Assembly (NCBI GenBank): GCA_963758625.1
Contig: CAVWWJ010000028.1
Coordinates: 15,256 to 79,255, forward strand
Reading direction: 5' to 3'
Length of the DNA stretch: 64,000 nt
DNA from: an uncultured Alphaproteobacteria bacterium
GTDB lineage: Bacteria; Pseudomonadota; Alphaproteobacteria; Rhizobiales; Hyphomicrobiaceae
Notes under the pieces: generated by a model
What the model was told of the DNA's origin: nothing
The model's input: only the letters and a program-made list of their open reading frames with translations
Database searches by the model: none
Made by a program: the position numbers and the translations under genes
Shown here: positions 52,712-63,533 of the stretch, piece by piece
Layout: each line of letters opens with the position of its first letter
How positions within the stretch are numbered: position 1 is the first letter of the stretch

Positions 52712-52786
52712 CGCGCAGCGGCGGGGGAGCGCGGCGCCGTCCCGCTTCTGCTCGTCTGCTCCTCACAGGCGCAGGAACCGACGAGC

Positions 52787-53711
52787 ATGGATGTGGGGCT
52801 GTTCGCCCAATACGTCATGAACGGGCTGATGCTCGGCATGATGTACGCGCTCGTCGCCGTGGGCTTCACGCTGTTCTTCGGCGTGCTCGACGTCATCAAG
52901 TTCTCTCACGGCGACGTGCTGACGGTCGGCGCCTTCGCGGCGCTTGCGACCTTCATCGGCCTGGCAGCGGCGGGCATCCGATCCAATCGCGCTCGTGCTG
53001 CTGGCGATGCTCGTGGTCGCGATCGGCGCCATGGCGGTCCTCGGCATGGTCATCGCCCGCTCTCTCGTCCTGCCGCTGCGCTCGGCGCCGCGCGCTCAAC
53101 ACGCTGCTGATCACGCTGATGCTCGGCACGGTGCTGCGCGAGGCGGTGCGGCTGTTCTATCCGCAGGGCGCCAATCCGAAGCCGTTTCCGGCGCTGCTGC
53201 CGGCAAGTTCTGTCAATCTCGGCAACTTCAATCTGCGGCTCGACAACGTGATCATGCTCGCGGCCGGCGTCGCTGGTCATCGTCGGCCTGCAGTTCCTGC
53301 TCAACCGCACCAAGCTCGGCCTCGCCATCCGCGCCGTGGCGCAGGACGAGGAAACCGCGCGGACCATGGGCGTCAATTTCAACGCCGATCGTGCTGGTCA
53401 CCTTCGCGATCGGCTCGGCGCTCGCCGCCTTCGCCGGCGTGATGAACGGCCTCTATTACAACGAGATCAATTTCGGCATCGGGCTCTATCTCGGCGTGGT
53501 CGGCTTCACCGCCGCCATCATCGGCGGGCTCGGCAGCGTCTATGGCGCCATCCTCGGCGGCTTCCTGTTCGCCGCTCTGCAGACCATCGGCGCGGTCGCG
53601 CTGCCCTTTGCCAGCGCCTACAAGGACGTGTTCGCCTTCGCCGTCGTCATCGTCTTCATGGCTTGGCGGCCGACCGGGCTGATCCAGGAAAAGATCAGCG
53701 AGCGGGTTTGA
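52787..53711 (+). pseudogene. Branched-chain-type ABC transporter permease (LivH-like), frame-disrupted
   Basis: MDVGLFAQYVMNGLMLGMMYALVAVGFTLFFGVLDVIKFSHGDVLTVGAF is in ORF 52787... LNTLLITLMLGTVLREAVRLFY is in the tail of ORF 52207... AQDEETARTMGVNFN is in ORF 53336... VTFAIGSALAAFAGVMNGLYY...AIIGGLGSVYGAILGG...RPTGLIQEKISERV* is in ORF 52944..53711. Confidence 0.8.
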
Positions 53712-53715
53712 GCGC

Positions 53716-54881
53716 ATGGCCGAAGCGGAACCGAGGTCGCGGGCGTCTGTTTGGCCGGGCCTCGCCGCGCTGGCGCTCGCCACCGTCTATCTGATCGCGC
53801 TGCTGCGCGGCGGAGAAGCAGGCGCTCATCATCGGTCTGCTGGCGCTCGCGATCGTCGCCGTCGCTTGCCGCCAACTGGCTCGGGCTGCTCGCGCCGGTG
53901 AGCCGGAGCTTCGCCGAGCGCGAGGACGCGCTCGGGGCGCTGGCAATCGTCGCCGCCGTCGCGGTCGCCGCGTTCTTTCGCGAAGACCATTTCGTGCTGC
54001 TGCTGCTCGTCACGGTCCTGCTCTATACCGTGGCGACGCTCGGGCTGAACATCCAGTTCGGCTATGCCGGCGTGCTGAATTTCGCCGGCGCCTCCTTCTT
54101 CGGGATCGGCGCCTACACCTCCGCGGTGCTCAACCCGCACACCGCCGTCCCGCACTCGCTCGTGCTGCTGATCGGGGGGCCTGCTCGCCGCGCTGATCGG
54201 CTCGCTGCTGCTGCTGCCGGTGTTGCGCACGCGCGGCCATTACGCGGCGGTCGTCACCATCGCCTTCGCGCTGCTGCTGAAGACCTTCCTCGAGGTCAAC
54301 GACGTGCTCGGCGGCCCGCAGGGCCTGCAGGTCAAGGGCATGAACATCCTCGGCTGGTCGTTCAACAACAACATCGAGATCGGCGGCATCGAGCTGTCGT
54401 TCTACATGAACTATTTCGTCGTCAGCCTGCTGCTGCTGGTCGGCGCCTTCATCCTCGTGCGCCGGCTGGAGCGGTCATGGATCGGGCTCAATCTCGATGC
54501 GCTGCGGCTCGACGAGACCGCCGCCAGCTGCTTCGGTCTCAATATCGCGCGCTGGAAGATCACGGCCTTCATGCTCGGCAATTTCCTGATCGGCATTGCC
54601 GGCGCGCTGTTCGGCATGGTGGGCGGCTTCGTGCGCCCAACAACTACACCTTCGCCGATTCGCTGATCCTGGTGTCGATCCTGCTGCTCGGCGGCATCGG
54701 CAATCCGTGGGGCGTCGCCGTCGCCACCATCATCGTCGTGATCGTTCCCGAGAAGCTGCAGACGATCCAGGAATACCGTTTCCTGCTCTACGCGCTGCTG
54801 GTGATGGTCGTGCTGCTGTTCCGGCCCGAGGGGCTGCTGCCGCGGCCGGTGCGCCGCTATTTCCCGGGATGGCGGCCATGA
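53716..54881 (+). pseudogene. Branched-chain-type ABC transporter permease (LivM-like), frame-disrupted
   Basis: LLYTVATLGLNIQFGYAGVLNFAGASFFGIGAYTSAVL and the tail NYTFADSLILVSILLLGGIGNPWG...RPEGLLP are in ORF 53751..54881. LRTRGHYAAVVTIAFALLLKTF...LRLDETAASCFGLNIARWKITAFMLGNFLIGIAGALFG is in ORF 54220..54666. Confidence 0.8.
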
Positions 54882-55657
54882 CGCCGTCCTGCTGGAGGCG
54901 CGGGGCCTGACCAAGCGGTTCGGCGGCGTGGTGGCGCTCGACCGGCTCGATCTCGACGTCGCGCGCAGGCGAAATTCTCGGCCTGATCGGTCCCAACGGC
55001 TCCGGCAAGACCACCTTCTTCAACGTCGTTACCGGCATCTACGGCGCCGACGCCGGCAGCGTCACCTTCGACGGCGCCGACATCACGCGGCCGCGCCGCA
55101 GGCCATCTATCACGCCGGCATCGCGCGCACCTTCCAGCGCTCGCGCCTGTCGCTGCCGCTGTCGATCTTCGACAACATCATGATCGGCAATCACAAGCGG
55201 CTGAACCAGGGGCTCTGGTTCAACCTGATGCGGCGGGGCGCGTTCAGGCGCGAGTTCGAGGACAAGCTATCGCGCCGCGCGCGCGCTGGTCGAGGTGTTC
55301 GAGCCGCCGCTCGCCGACCGCATGTTCGAGCCGGTTGCCGGCCTGCCGATGATCGATCGCCGCCGCATCGAAATTTGCCGCGCGCTGATCAGCGAGCCCA
55401 AGCTGCTTCTGCTGGACGAGCCCTCCGCCGGCATGACGCATGACGAGACCGAGCGAGCTGATGGACGACATCCTGCAGGTGCGCGACCGCATCGACGAAG
55501 CTCACGATCGTCATTGTCGAGCACGAAATGGGCGTGATCGAGCGCATCACCGACCGCTGCGTCGTGCTGAATTTCGGCCGCAAGATCGCGGAGGGCCCAT
55601 ACCGCGAGGTCGCCGCCGACCGGCAGGTGCAGGAAGCCTATCTCGGGGTCGCAATGA
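54878..55657 (+). pseudogene. ABC transporter ATP-binding protein (LivG-like), frame-disrupted
   Basis: There is an ATGA start/stop overlap with the preceding gene. [33 protein letters not shown] and NHKRLNQGLW are in ORF 54928... The Walker [20 protein letters not shown] is in another frame. LLLLDEPSAGM is in ORF 55295... IVEHEMGVIERITDRCVVLNFGRKIAEG is in ORF 55528... Confidence 0.8.
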
Positions 55658-56374
55658 TGACCGCGGAACTGCGCGAGATCGAGGGCGTCTGCACCGCCTA
55701 CGACAAGGCCGATGTGCTGGAAGGCGTTTCGCTGACGGTGGCGCCCGGCAAGCATCACCTGTCTGCTGGGCTCGAACGGCTCCGGCAAGACCACGCTGAT
55801 CCGCTCGATCCTCGGGCTGACGCCGCCGCGCGCGGGCCGCATCCGCTTTCGACGGCGACGACATCACCGCACTGCCGACCCACCGGGTGATCGCCGCCGG
55901 CATCGCCTGCATCCCGGAAGGCCGCAAGGTGTTTCCCAAGCTCACGGTCGAGGAGAATCTGCGCCTCGGCGCCTATCAGGAAACATCCGAAGCCGTCACG
56001 CGCGCAGCGGATGGCCGAGATCTACGCGCTGTTCCCGCGCCTCGCCGAGCGGCGCGACGCAGCTCGCCGGCACCATGTCGGGCGGCGAGCAGGCCATGGT
56101 CTCGATCGGCCGCGGCCTGATGCGGGCGCCCAAGCTGTTGCTGATCGACGAGCCCTCGCTCGGCCTGTCGCCCCTGCTGGTGAAGGAGAACTTCAGCATC
56201 ATCCGCCACATCAACGAGCAGGGCATCACGGTCTTCCTGGTGGAGCAGAACGTGCACCAGACGCTGGCCATCTCCCATTACGGATATGTGCTGTCGAAGG
56301 GCCGGGTGGTCGCGAGCGGGACACCGACGGAACTCGCCGACCGCAGCGAGGTGCGCGAGGCGTACTTCGGTTGA
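55654..56374 (+). pseudogene. ABC transporter ATP-binding protein (LivF-like), frame-disrupted
   Basis: There is an ATGA overlap with the LivG-like stop. MMTAELREIEGVCTAYDKADVLEGVSL comes first. The Walker A LLGSNGSGKTTL is in another frame. IACIPEGRKVFPKLTVEENLRLGAY is in ORF 55887... MSGGEQAMVSIGRGLMRAPKLLLIDEPSLGLSPLLV...VFLVEQN...REAYFG* is in ORF 56075..56374. Confidence 0.8.
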
Positions 56375-56644
56375 AATCCGCTGGCATTGCCAGGGTCCAG
56401 CGGCTTGTACTCGACCGATCGGAGCTGGGAGGCGTCACGCAAAGGCTTATTTCCGCATATGGCACCCGGCGGACCGTGGCCCAACGTCTACTCGACACCC
56501 CGTGGCTGCGCTGCCAACCGGTGGGCCATAGCCACAGCTACATGTGGAACGCACGGGCGAATTGGTGTCCTTTCTGGTGCAGCGTGGGTAGATGATTGCG
56601 CACCCCGGCCTGCGCCGGGGCAGGTGCGGCTGTTGGCGGGGGCG

Positions 56645-58501
56645 ATGGGGGCGGTTCGCAAGCCAAGGCCGGCGGAGACAGGGGAGGCCGGCTACCTCGG
56701 CGTCACGGCCTCGGCGCGCGGCTTGAAATGGCGCGAGCGCCTCGATCCGGCGGCGGCGAGGCACGGCCGCTGCCATCAGCCAGCGCCATGGCCTGCCGGA
56801 GCTGCTGGGCCGCGTGCTGGCGGCGCGCGGCATCGGGCTCGCCGACGTGCCCGTGGCGCTCGATCCCACCATCAAGGCGCTGATGCCGGACCCCAGCACG
56901 CTGCGCGACATGGACAAGGGTGCCGCCCGGCTCGCCGATGCCGATCCAGGCGCGAGAGCGGTGCCGATCTTCGGCGACTACGATGTCGACGGCGCCTGCT
57001 CGTCCGCCCTGCTCGCGCGCTTCCTCGCGCGCCCACGGGCTGCGGGCCGCGCATCTACATCCCCGACCGCATGACCGAGGGCTACGGCCCCAATGCCGCG
57101 GCCATCGAGGGCCTCGCCAGGGACGGCGCCACGCTGATCGTCACCGTCGACTGCGGCACCACCAGCTTCGAGGCGCTCGGCGTCGCCGGTCCGCTCGGCG
57201 CCGACGTGGTGGTGGTGGACCATCACCAGGCCGACGAGCGCCTGCCCGAGGTGGCGGCGCTCATCAACCCGAACCGCCAGGACGACCTGTCCGGGCCTCG
57301 GCCATCTGTGCGCCGCCGGCGTCATCTTCATGCTGCTGGTGGCGACCGCCCGCGAGCTGCGGCAGCGCGGGCACTACCGGCGCCGGCGCTGGCGCCGCCG
57401 GACCTGCTGGAGCTCGCTCGACCTCGTGGCGCTGGCCACCGTGTGCGACGTGGTGCCGCTCGGGCCTCAACCGCGCCTATGTGGCGCGGGGCCTGCAGGT
57501 GATGCGCCAGCGCCGCAACGTCGGGCTGAGGGCGCTGGCCGACGCCGCCGGCCCTCGCCGTGCCGCCGACCGCCTATCACCTGGGCTTCGTGCTGGGGCC
57601 GCGCATCAACGCCGGCGGGCGCATCGGCGATGCCGCGCTGGGGCGCGGCTGCTCGCCGTCGACGACGAGGCGGAGGCGGCGCGCATCGCCGTGCTGCTCG
57701 ACAAGCTCAACCGCGAGCGCAAGGCGATCGAGACGGCGATGCTCGACGAGGCGATGGCGCTGCGCCGACCATTGCGTCGAGGCCGATCCCGCCGTGCCGA
57801 TCCTGATCGTGGCATCGCGACAGCTTCCACAAGGGCGTGGTCGGGCTGGTGGCGAGCCGGCTGACCGAGCGGTTCGGCCGCCCCTCCTGCGTCATCGCCT
57901 GGGAGGAGAGCGGCGGCCAGGACAGCATCAGGGCACGGGCTCGCTGCGCTCCATCGCGGGCGTCGACATCGGCGCGGCGGTGCGGGCGGCGGTGGCCGCC
58001 GGTCATCTCGCCAAGGGCGGCGGGCATGCCATGGCCGCGGGGCTGACGCGTGGCGCGCGACCGCCTCGAGGGGCTCAGGGCCTTCCTGTGCGAGCGGCTG
58101 GCCGCTCCGGCGCGCTCGGCGCGCGCTCGGCCGCGTGCTCGAGATCGACGGCGCGCTGACGCCCGCCCACGTCACCGACGAGCTGATCGAGCTGATCGAG
58201 CGCGCCGGCCCCTTCGGCCAGGGCAACCCCGAGCCGCGCTTCGCGCTTTCCCGCGCAACGCGTCAAGTTCGCCAAGGTGGTGGGCGAGGCGCACGTGCGC
58301 TGCGTGCTGGAAGGCGGCGACGGCGCCCGGCTCGACGCTGTCGCCTTCCGCGCAGCGGACCAGCCGGTGGGCAAGGCGCTGCTCGCCTCGGCGGGCATGC
58401 CGCTGCACGTCGCCGGCCACCTGCGCCGCGATACCTGGAACGGCCGCGACCGGCGCGAGCTGATCGTGGAGGACATCGCCGATCCGCGGTTGCAGGGTTG
58501 A
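56645..58501 (+). pseudogene. recJ: Single-stranded-DNA-specific exonuclease RecJ, frame-disrupted
   Basis: YLGVTASARGLKWRERLD is in ORF 56387... GLPELLGRVLAARGIGLADV...AIFGDYDVDGACSSALLARFL is in ORFs 56596.. and 56814... GYGPNAAAIEGLARDGATLIVTVDCGTTSFE...VVVVDHHQ is in ORF 56387... GLNRAYVARGLQVM is in ORF 56920... HLGFVLGPRINAGGRIG is in ORF 57560... GGGHAMAAGLT, GPFGQGNPEPRF and the tail HVAGHLRRDTWNGRDRRELIVEDIADP* are in ORF 58277..58501. Confidence 0.85.
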
Positions 58502-58609
58502 TCCTGGGTCGATTCCCGCCCGCCCTGGGACGGTTGACGACGCCGTCTACGCTCGATTTCGACCGCTGAGGGATGCATCCCGAGCCCGCCGCAAGGCGTC
58601 GCGCACGCC

Positions 58610-59158
58610 TCAGCCCGGCGGGCGGTCCACGGCGACGTAGCGGCCCTGGTGGAGCAAGAGAGGCGGGCGGCCGTGCGCCTCGAGGTGCACGATGCGGCCG
58701 ACGAAGAGGGTGTGGTCGCCGCAGTCGTACTGGGCGGTGACCTCGGCGGCGATGACCGAGGCGGCGTTGGCGAGCATCGGCGTGCGTCCGGCCCACACGA
58801 GCTCGGGGGCTACGTCCGCACCGGTCGTACCGGCCGTACCGGCAAAGTGGTGGGAGAGTGCCTCCTGGTCGTGCGCCAGGATGCTGACGCCGAAATGCCC
58901 CGCCTGGACCAGCAGGGGATGCAGGCGCGCGCCCTTGCGCACCGAGATCACGCACAGCGCTGGCTCTAGCGAGCCCGACATGAAGGCGCTTATCGTGATG
59001 CCGCGCACCTCCCCGCCGACCTGCGTCGTCACGACCGTGACGCCGCTCGCGAACGAGCCCATCACTTGGCGGAAGAGCGCAGGATCGACCGCGGGCGCTG
59101 ACCCGTTCGCGGGTGCGGCGTCGTCGACTGCCAGCAGCGGGCTCGTCTCCTCTTGCAT
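58610..59158 (-). CDS. Flavin reductase family protein (HpaC-like)
   Basis: In ORF 58610..59233 the preferred start is MQEETSPLL at 59158. The sequence reads LFRQVMGSFASGVTVVTT...GITISAFMSGSLEPALCVISV...GDHTLFVGRIV. The ORF is intact. Confidence 0.8.
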   Translation of the reverse strand: MQEETSPLLAVDDAAPANGSAPAVDPALFRQVMGSFASGVTVVTTQVGGEVRGITISAFMSGSLEPALCVISVRKGARLHPLLVQAGHFGVSILAHDQEALSHHFAGTAGTTGADVAPELVWAGRTPMLANAASVIAAEVTAQYDCGDHTLFVGRIVHLEAHGRPPLLLHQGRYVAVDRPPG

Positions 59159-59869
59159 TCGCAGCTCCCCACCAGACGCATGCGAGCCGCGGCCGGCGCT
59201 GGCCCGCAATCGACAGAAGGGGAAGGCGGCCACCGGCGGCCCTCCGCCCCTTGCATGCTAGACCAACCCGTCCGGCGCCGCGACCCCGTGCCTTGCACGG
59301 CTGGGCGGCCGTCGCACCGTTCTCGAAGCCGCCGTGGAGCCATGGGAAACTTTGCGCCACTGCGTGCACACATCGTCTGCCAAAGCGGGCTTGTTCCGGC
59401 GGAGAACGCGTGCCAATGGATGGCACGATCAAGCGGAGAACGCGCTAAGCAGAGTTTCGGAGCCAGGCCAACGTTTGGCCACATGCCCTCGCGTCCGCTT
59501 CCGATGCTTTCCTGGCAGAACGTCTGCCCCTGTACGGTGGGATTTGACCCGAAGGAGACATTCCTCCAGCCCGCAGTTTGATAAACCGCATAGCCAATCT
59601 GAGTGATCTCAGAAGTAAGGAAGCTCCGACGTTGTTGCGGATTGAGAGCAACCACAAAGTTCGCGGAGCAACGCCAGACGCTCCCTGCTCAAGGTCGGCC
59701 ATGCTGGTCGCTAGTGTTTTACTCGGCAACCGAATGGACGCTGCGCCATATCGCGCTTGCCCATCGTGTGTAACCTGAGAGCTTCAAACTGCCATCCTCC
59801 GCAATGTAGTAGCGAACGTCTCTTGGGCGAAGTTCCGGGGCTCAGCCTCATTGTGCGCGGCCTTCCAGT

Positions 59870-60061
59870 GTGTACGCCAAGGTCTTCGAATATGCTTGGT
59901 ACGCACTGATTGGGCTACTGGTGCTCGTGGCGTTCGCTGGGGTGCTCGTACTCAACATTCGGTACGAACGCGGTCGTAGGCGGGCCGAAGCGAAGTTGAC
60001 GCCGGAAGAACGCAAAGAAAGAGATGTTCGCGCAAACGCGGCCAAGTCGTGGTGGTTCTGA
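59870..60061 (+). CDS. Small single-pass membrane protein (hypothetical)
   Basis: ORF 59870..60061 has a GTG start. There is one TM helix, WYALIGLLVLVAFAGVLVLNI, then a basic tail. It lies in a lower-G+C stretch. The only support is the ORF shape. Confidence 0.3.
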   Translation: MYAKVFEYAWYALIGLLVLVAFAGVLVLNIRYERGRRRAEAKLTPEERKERDVRANAAKSWWF

Positions 60062-60373
60062 GGTTTCAGCCTTGATTGCGAGCGCAGCGGTCGCGCTGCT
60101 CTGCAGGCGTAGCAGCCGGAGTTAACCCCACAGGCCAAGCTGGGTTAAGTGCATAGGCTTCCTGCACGTCTCCTCAGTCCTTTATCGAGGGATTCAAGGT
60201 TGCGCGAACGCGGTCTTATCCAGGGACAGAACATCGTCATCGAGCGGGGCCTGCTGCGGAGCGTGGTGCAATTTCCGATGCTCTGACCGAGCTGTACACA
60301 AATGCAGGAGGGCGGCAGGCCCGTGGTCTATACTGGCGGCGTCTCGTCTATTCCTGCAAGAGAACCTGGGCGA

Positions 60374-61513
60374 ATGTCGTCACCGTCGGCAGCATCATCC
60401 AAATCGTCATCTGCTCTACCGCGACTGAAGTCCATCAACGTCTTCCGTGGCGCCACCATCGCTGCGATGGTCCTTGTGAACGCGCAATTCTCGCACGAGG
60501 AGAGCTACCGCCAGCTTGCGCACGCCGCGTGGCATGGCTGGACCTTCGCGGACACGATCTTCCCCTGCTTCCTCTTCATCGTGGGTGTCTCGCTCACCCT
60601 CTCAACCGCGTCGCGCGTGGCACGCGGGGAGGACCGAACCCGTCTCCTCGCGCATGCCCTCCAAAGATCGTTGCTGATCTTCGGGTGCGGCGTGGCGATC
60701 GACTACTTGCGTGTGCCCGTCCGCGAGTTTCCGTTCGTCGGGTTTCAGGCTCATCTCCAGCTCACAGGCGTCCTGCAGAAGATCGCCGTATGCTACCTTT
60801 TGGCCTTTCAAATCTACCTGTGGACCGGGCTTCGCGGGGTGATCGTCGGGATCATCGGCCTCAATTTGCTGTATCTCGGCCTCCTCAACTTCTACCCGGT
60901 GCCCGGGTGCGGCCCCGGCTCACTGGCCGTTGGCTGCAACTTCCCCGGTTACCTTGACGAGATCGTACTCGGCGGCCACAGGTGGCAAAGCACGGCCTTC
61001 GACCCCGACGGACTGGGAGCCATCCTCCCCGCCACCACGTCGGTCCTGTTTGGCGTGCTGGCGGGACATCTCTTGTTGAGCGAGTGGCGTCCGCGACAGC
61101 GGCTCCTGTGGCTTCTGGGCGGGGGACTCGTACTGATCACTGCAGGCGAATTGCTCTCGACATGGGTGCCGATCAACAAGCAGCTCTGGACTACCTCCTT
61201 CGCCGTCTTCATGGCGGGACTGGCGGCAACAGGCTTGGCCTGCTCCATCTGGCTCATCGACGGCCGCCCGTTGCAACGCTGGTCCAGATCGCTGGAAATC
61301 ATGGGATTGAACGCGATCGCGGCTTACCTGATCTCCCGGCTCGTGGCCAATGTGCCGCGCGTACATGTCATGGGGAAATCGCTGTACACCGATGTTTTCG
61401 CGCGTATCGCAAGCCCGCCGAACGCGTCCCTACTGTTCGCGATTGTGGTGTTGGCTGCCGTCTTCCTGGCAGTCTGGGTCATGGATCGCCGGGGCTGGTA
61501 TCTAAGGTTATAG
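60374..61513 (+). CDS. Multi-pass membrane acyltransferase-like protein (HGSNAT/DUF5009-DUF1624 type)
   Basis: There is an in-frame ATG at 60374 in ORF 60302..61513. The sequence reads RLKSINVFRGATIAAMVLVNAQ...AAWHGWTFADTIFPCFLFIVGVS. There are about 10 TM helices and the ORF is intact. Confidence 0.75.
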   Translation: MSSPSAASSKSSSALPRLKSINVFRGATIAAMVLVNAQFSHEESYRQLAHAAWHGWTFADTIFPCFLFIVGVSLTLSTASRVARGEDRTRLLAHALQRSLLIFGCGVAIDYLRVPVREFPFVGFQAHLQLTGVLQKIAVCYLLAFQIYLWTGLRGVIVGIIGLNLLYLGLLNFYPVPGCGPGSLAVGCNFPGYLDEIVLGGHRWQSTAFDPDGLGAILPATTSVLFGVLAGHLLLSEWRPRQRLLWLLGGGLVLITAGELLSTWVPINKQLWTTSFAVFMAGLAATGLACSIWLIDGRPLQRWSRSLEIMGLNAIAAYLISRLVANVPRVHVMGKSLYTDVFARIASPPNASLLFAIVVLAAVFLAVWVMDRRGWYLRL

Positions 61514-61967
61514 CACGGTGTGCGCCTAGTCGCTGTCAATCGGCACGCGATCTTCACCCCTAGTCAGTTTTCGGCGCCGATGGGACGTGTCAGGCGCTGG
61601 CCAATTCACAGCACTGGGACACTTGTTGCATTGCGAGAATGCGATTCTCTGGCTGCAGGAGTGCTGTTATCGCGGTCGTCGTCGACCAATAGGAACGGCT
61701 ACGCAGCCAGCTGACAGAGCATTCTCACTCTGTCCGAGTTGGCGTAGTTGGCGCACAAACCCTGAGGTGCGCTCCAAGTGCGGGTCGGGACCTTTCCAAT
61801 GACACAGTCATGGGTTCGCTCCTCTTGTTAGCTCGCAATTCGATAGAATGCTCCACTTGCTCACGGCAGAATCTGGCACACAACCACCGGTCACCGTCCG
61901 TCAGGTTCCGCAGGCGTAGCCGCCGTTGCCGGGCAGGCTTGCGTTGGGCCGACAGCGAGAACTCTGA

Positions 61968-62444
61968 TTAGCGCTTCACCTCGAGCAGCTCGACCTCGAA
62001 GATCAGCGTCGCATGCGGGGGAATCTTGCCGCCGGCGCCGATGTGGCCGTAGCCGAGGTCGGGCGGGATGATGAGCGTGCGCTTGCCTCCGACCTTCATG
62101 GTGGCGACGCCTTCGTCCCAGCCCCGGATCACCTTGCCCTTGCCCAGCTGGAACTCGAACGGCTGGCCGCGGTCGACCGAGCTGTCGAACTTCTCGCCCT
62201 TCTTGCCGTTCTGGTAGATCCAGCCGGTGTAGTGCATGACGCAAATTTGCCCGACCTTGGGAGCGGCGCCGGTGCCGATCTTGATGTCGGTGAGCTTCAG
62301 GCCCGAGGCATGGGTGAAGACGGTGGCGGTCTCGGTTTGCGGCCCGAGGGACGCCGGGTCGGGCGGGGCGTTGAGGCCATCGCCGCTGCAGCCGGCCAGC
62401 AGCGCGGCAATGCCGACCGCTCCGGCCAGTGCCAAGGCACGCAT
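61968..62444 (-). CDS. FKBP-type peptidyl-prolyl cis-trans isomerase, lipoprotein form
   Basis: From MRALALAGAVGIAALLAGC (lipobox) the sequence reads [65 protein letters not shown]. The ORF is intact. Confidence 0.85.
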   Translation of the reverse strand: MRALALAGAVGIAALLAGCSGDGLNAPPDPASLGPQTETATVFTHASGLKLTDIKIGTGAAPKVGQICVMHYTGWIYQNGKKGEKFDSSVDRGQPFEFQLGKGKVIRGWDEGVATMKVGGKRTLIIPPDLGYGHIGAGGKIPPHATLIFEVELLEVKR

Positions 62445-62476
62445 CCCTCCCTCCCCTGTCCGTTGTCCGCCGGCCG

Positions 62477-62902
62477 TCACTTCACGCCGAGCAGCTCCAC
62501 CTCGAAGACGAGCGTGGCGTTGGGCGGGATGACGCCGCCGGCGCCGCGTGCGCCGTAGCCCAGCTGCGGCGGAAGGACGAGGGTGCGCTTGCCCCCCACC
62601 TTCATGCTGGCGACGCCCTCGTCCCAGCCCTTGATGACCTGGCCCACGCCGAGGGTGAACTCGAACGGCTCGCCGCGGTCGACCGAGCTGTCGAACTTCG
62701 CGCCCTTCTGCCCGTCCTTGTAGAGCCAGCCCGTGTAGTGCATGACGCAGGTCTGGCCGGTCTTGGGCGATGCGCCCGTGCCGACCTTGGTGTCCGTGAT
62801 CTGCAAGCCCGATGCGGTCGTCATGGATTGTGCCATTGCCGATGTGGTGATGCCAGCGCCGATCGAGCCGGCGGCCAATGCGGTCGCGAAGATGAAGGCC
62901 AT
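62477..62902 (-). CDS. FKBP-type peptidyl-prolyl cis-trans isomerase, periplasmic form
   Basis: The signal is [24 protein letters not shown]. The sequence reads [65 protein letters not shown]. Its stop overlaps the long track ORF of the downstream paralog. Confidence 0.85.
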   Translation of the reverse strand: MAFIFATALAAGSIGAGITTSAMAQSMTTASGLQITDTKVGTGASPKTGQTCVMHYTGWLYKDGQKGAKFDSSVDRGEPFEFTLGVGQVIKGWDEGVASMKVGGKRTLVLPPQLGYGARGAGGVIPPNATLVFEVELLGVK

Positions 62903-63133
62903 TGCCCCGTGCGTTTCAACGTGCGTTCGAAGATCTGCATGCAGCTCTCCTCGGAATCATTGGTCCGTGACCTCTTGTATCCCCGGCATCGGCGCAAGAT
63001 CGTGGCCGTGAGGTCGCAGCCGGGCGCCTTTGTTGCGGTACAGAACCCCGCAAAGGACGGCTCGTTCCGGAGCAGGTTGCCCGATACACTCGTCTCGAGC
63101 GCAGGGCCGATCCGCAACGCACCGTCAAGCTCG

Positions 63134-63388
63134 ATGGAGCTGACGCAGCTCAAGGAGCGCGTGCGGCAGCTCGCCGAGGAGAGCCGCCACGACCAGAGCC
63201 TGATCTTCGAGACCTACCGCAAGCACGGCGCCGTCAAGGATGGACCAGGCCGGATGACGCTCAACCGCGAGGTCGGCGACATCCAGCGCCGCATCGCGGT
63301 GCGCGGCCAGCAGATGAGGGGCCTGAGCGAGCAGATCGCCAAGCTCGAGGCCGAGCTGAGCCCGCCGCCGACGAAGGAGGCGAAGTAG
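63134..63388 (+). CDS. 84-aa coiled-coil hypothetical protein
   Basis: There is an in-frame ATG at 63134 in ORF 62429..63388. The product is MELTQLKERVRQLAEE...QMRGLSEQIAKLEAELSPPPTKEAK*. I recognise no family. Confidence 0.45.
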   Translation: MELTQLKERVRQLAEESRHDQSLIFETYRKHGAVKDGPGRMTLNREVGDIQRRIAVRGQQMRGLSEQIAKLEAELSPPPTKEAK

Positions 63389-63394
63389 TGGCAA

Positions 63395-63461
63395 CGGGGT
63401 CAGACCCCTCGCTGCCACGATTGCGCCTTATTCGCTCCGCTCGGCGAGGGGTCTGACCCCG
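63395..63461. repeat. Long hairpin: 18-bp perfect inverted repeat CGGGGTCAGACCCCTCGC / GCGAGGGGTCTGACCCCG with a 31-nt loop
   Basis: Read directly. The core GTCAGACC / GGTCTGAC is shared with the other REP-like palindromes. It lies 7 nt after the stop of the 84-aa ORF. Confidence 0.85.
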
Positions 63462-63533
63462 CTTAACTCGGCGGCGGCAGTTGGCGATGCCTCACGGGCT
63501 GTCGTCTCCACGTCGCCGTCGGCTCTGCGGACC

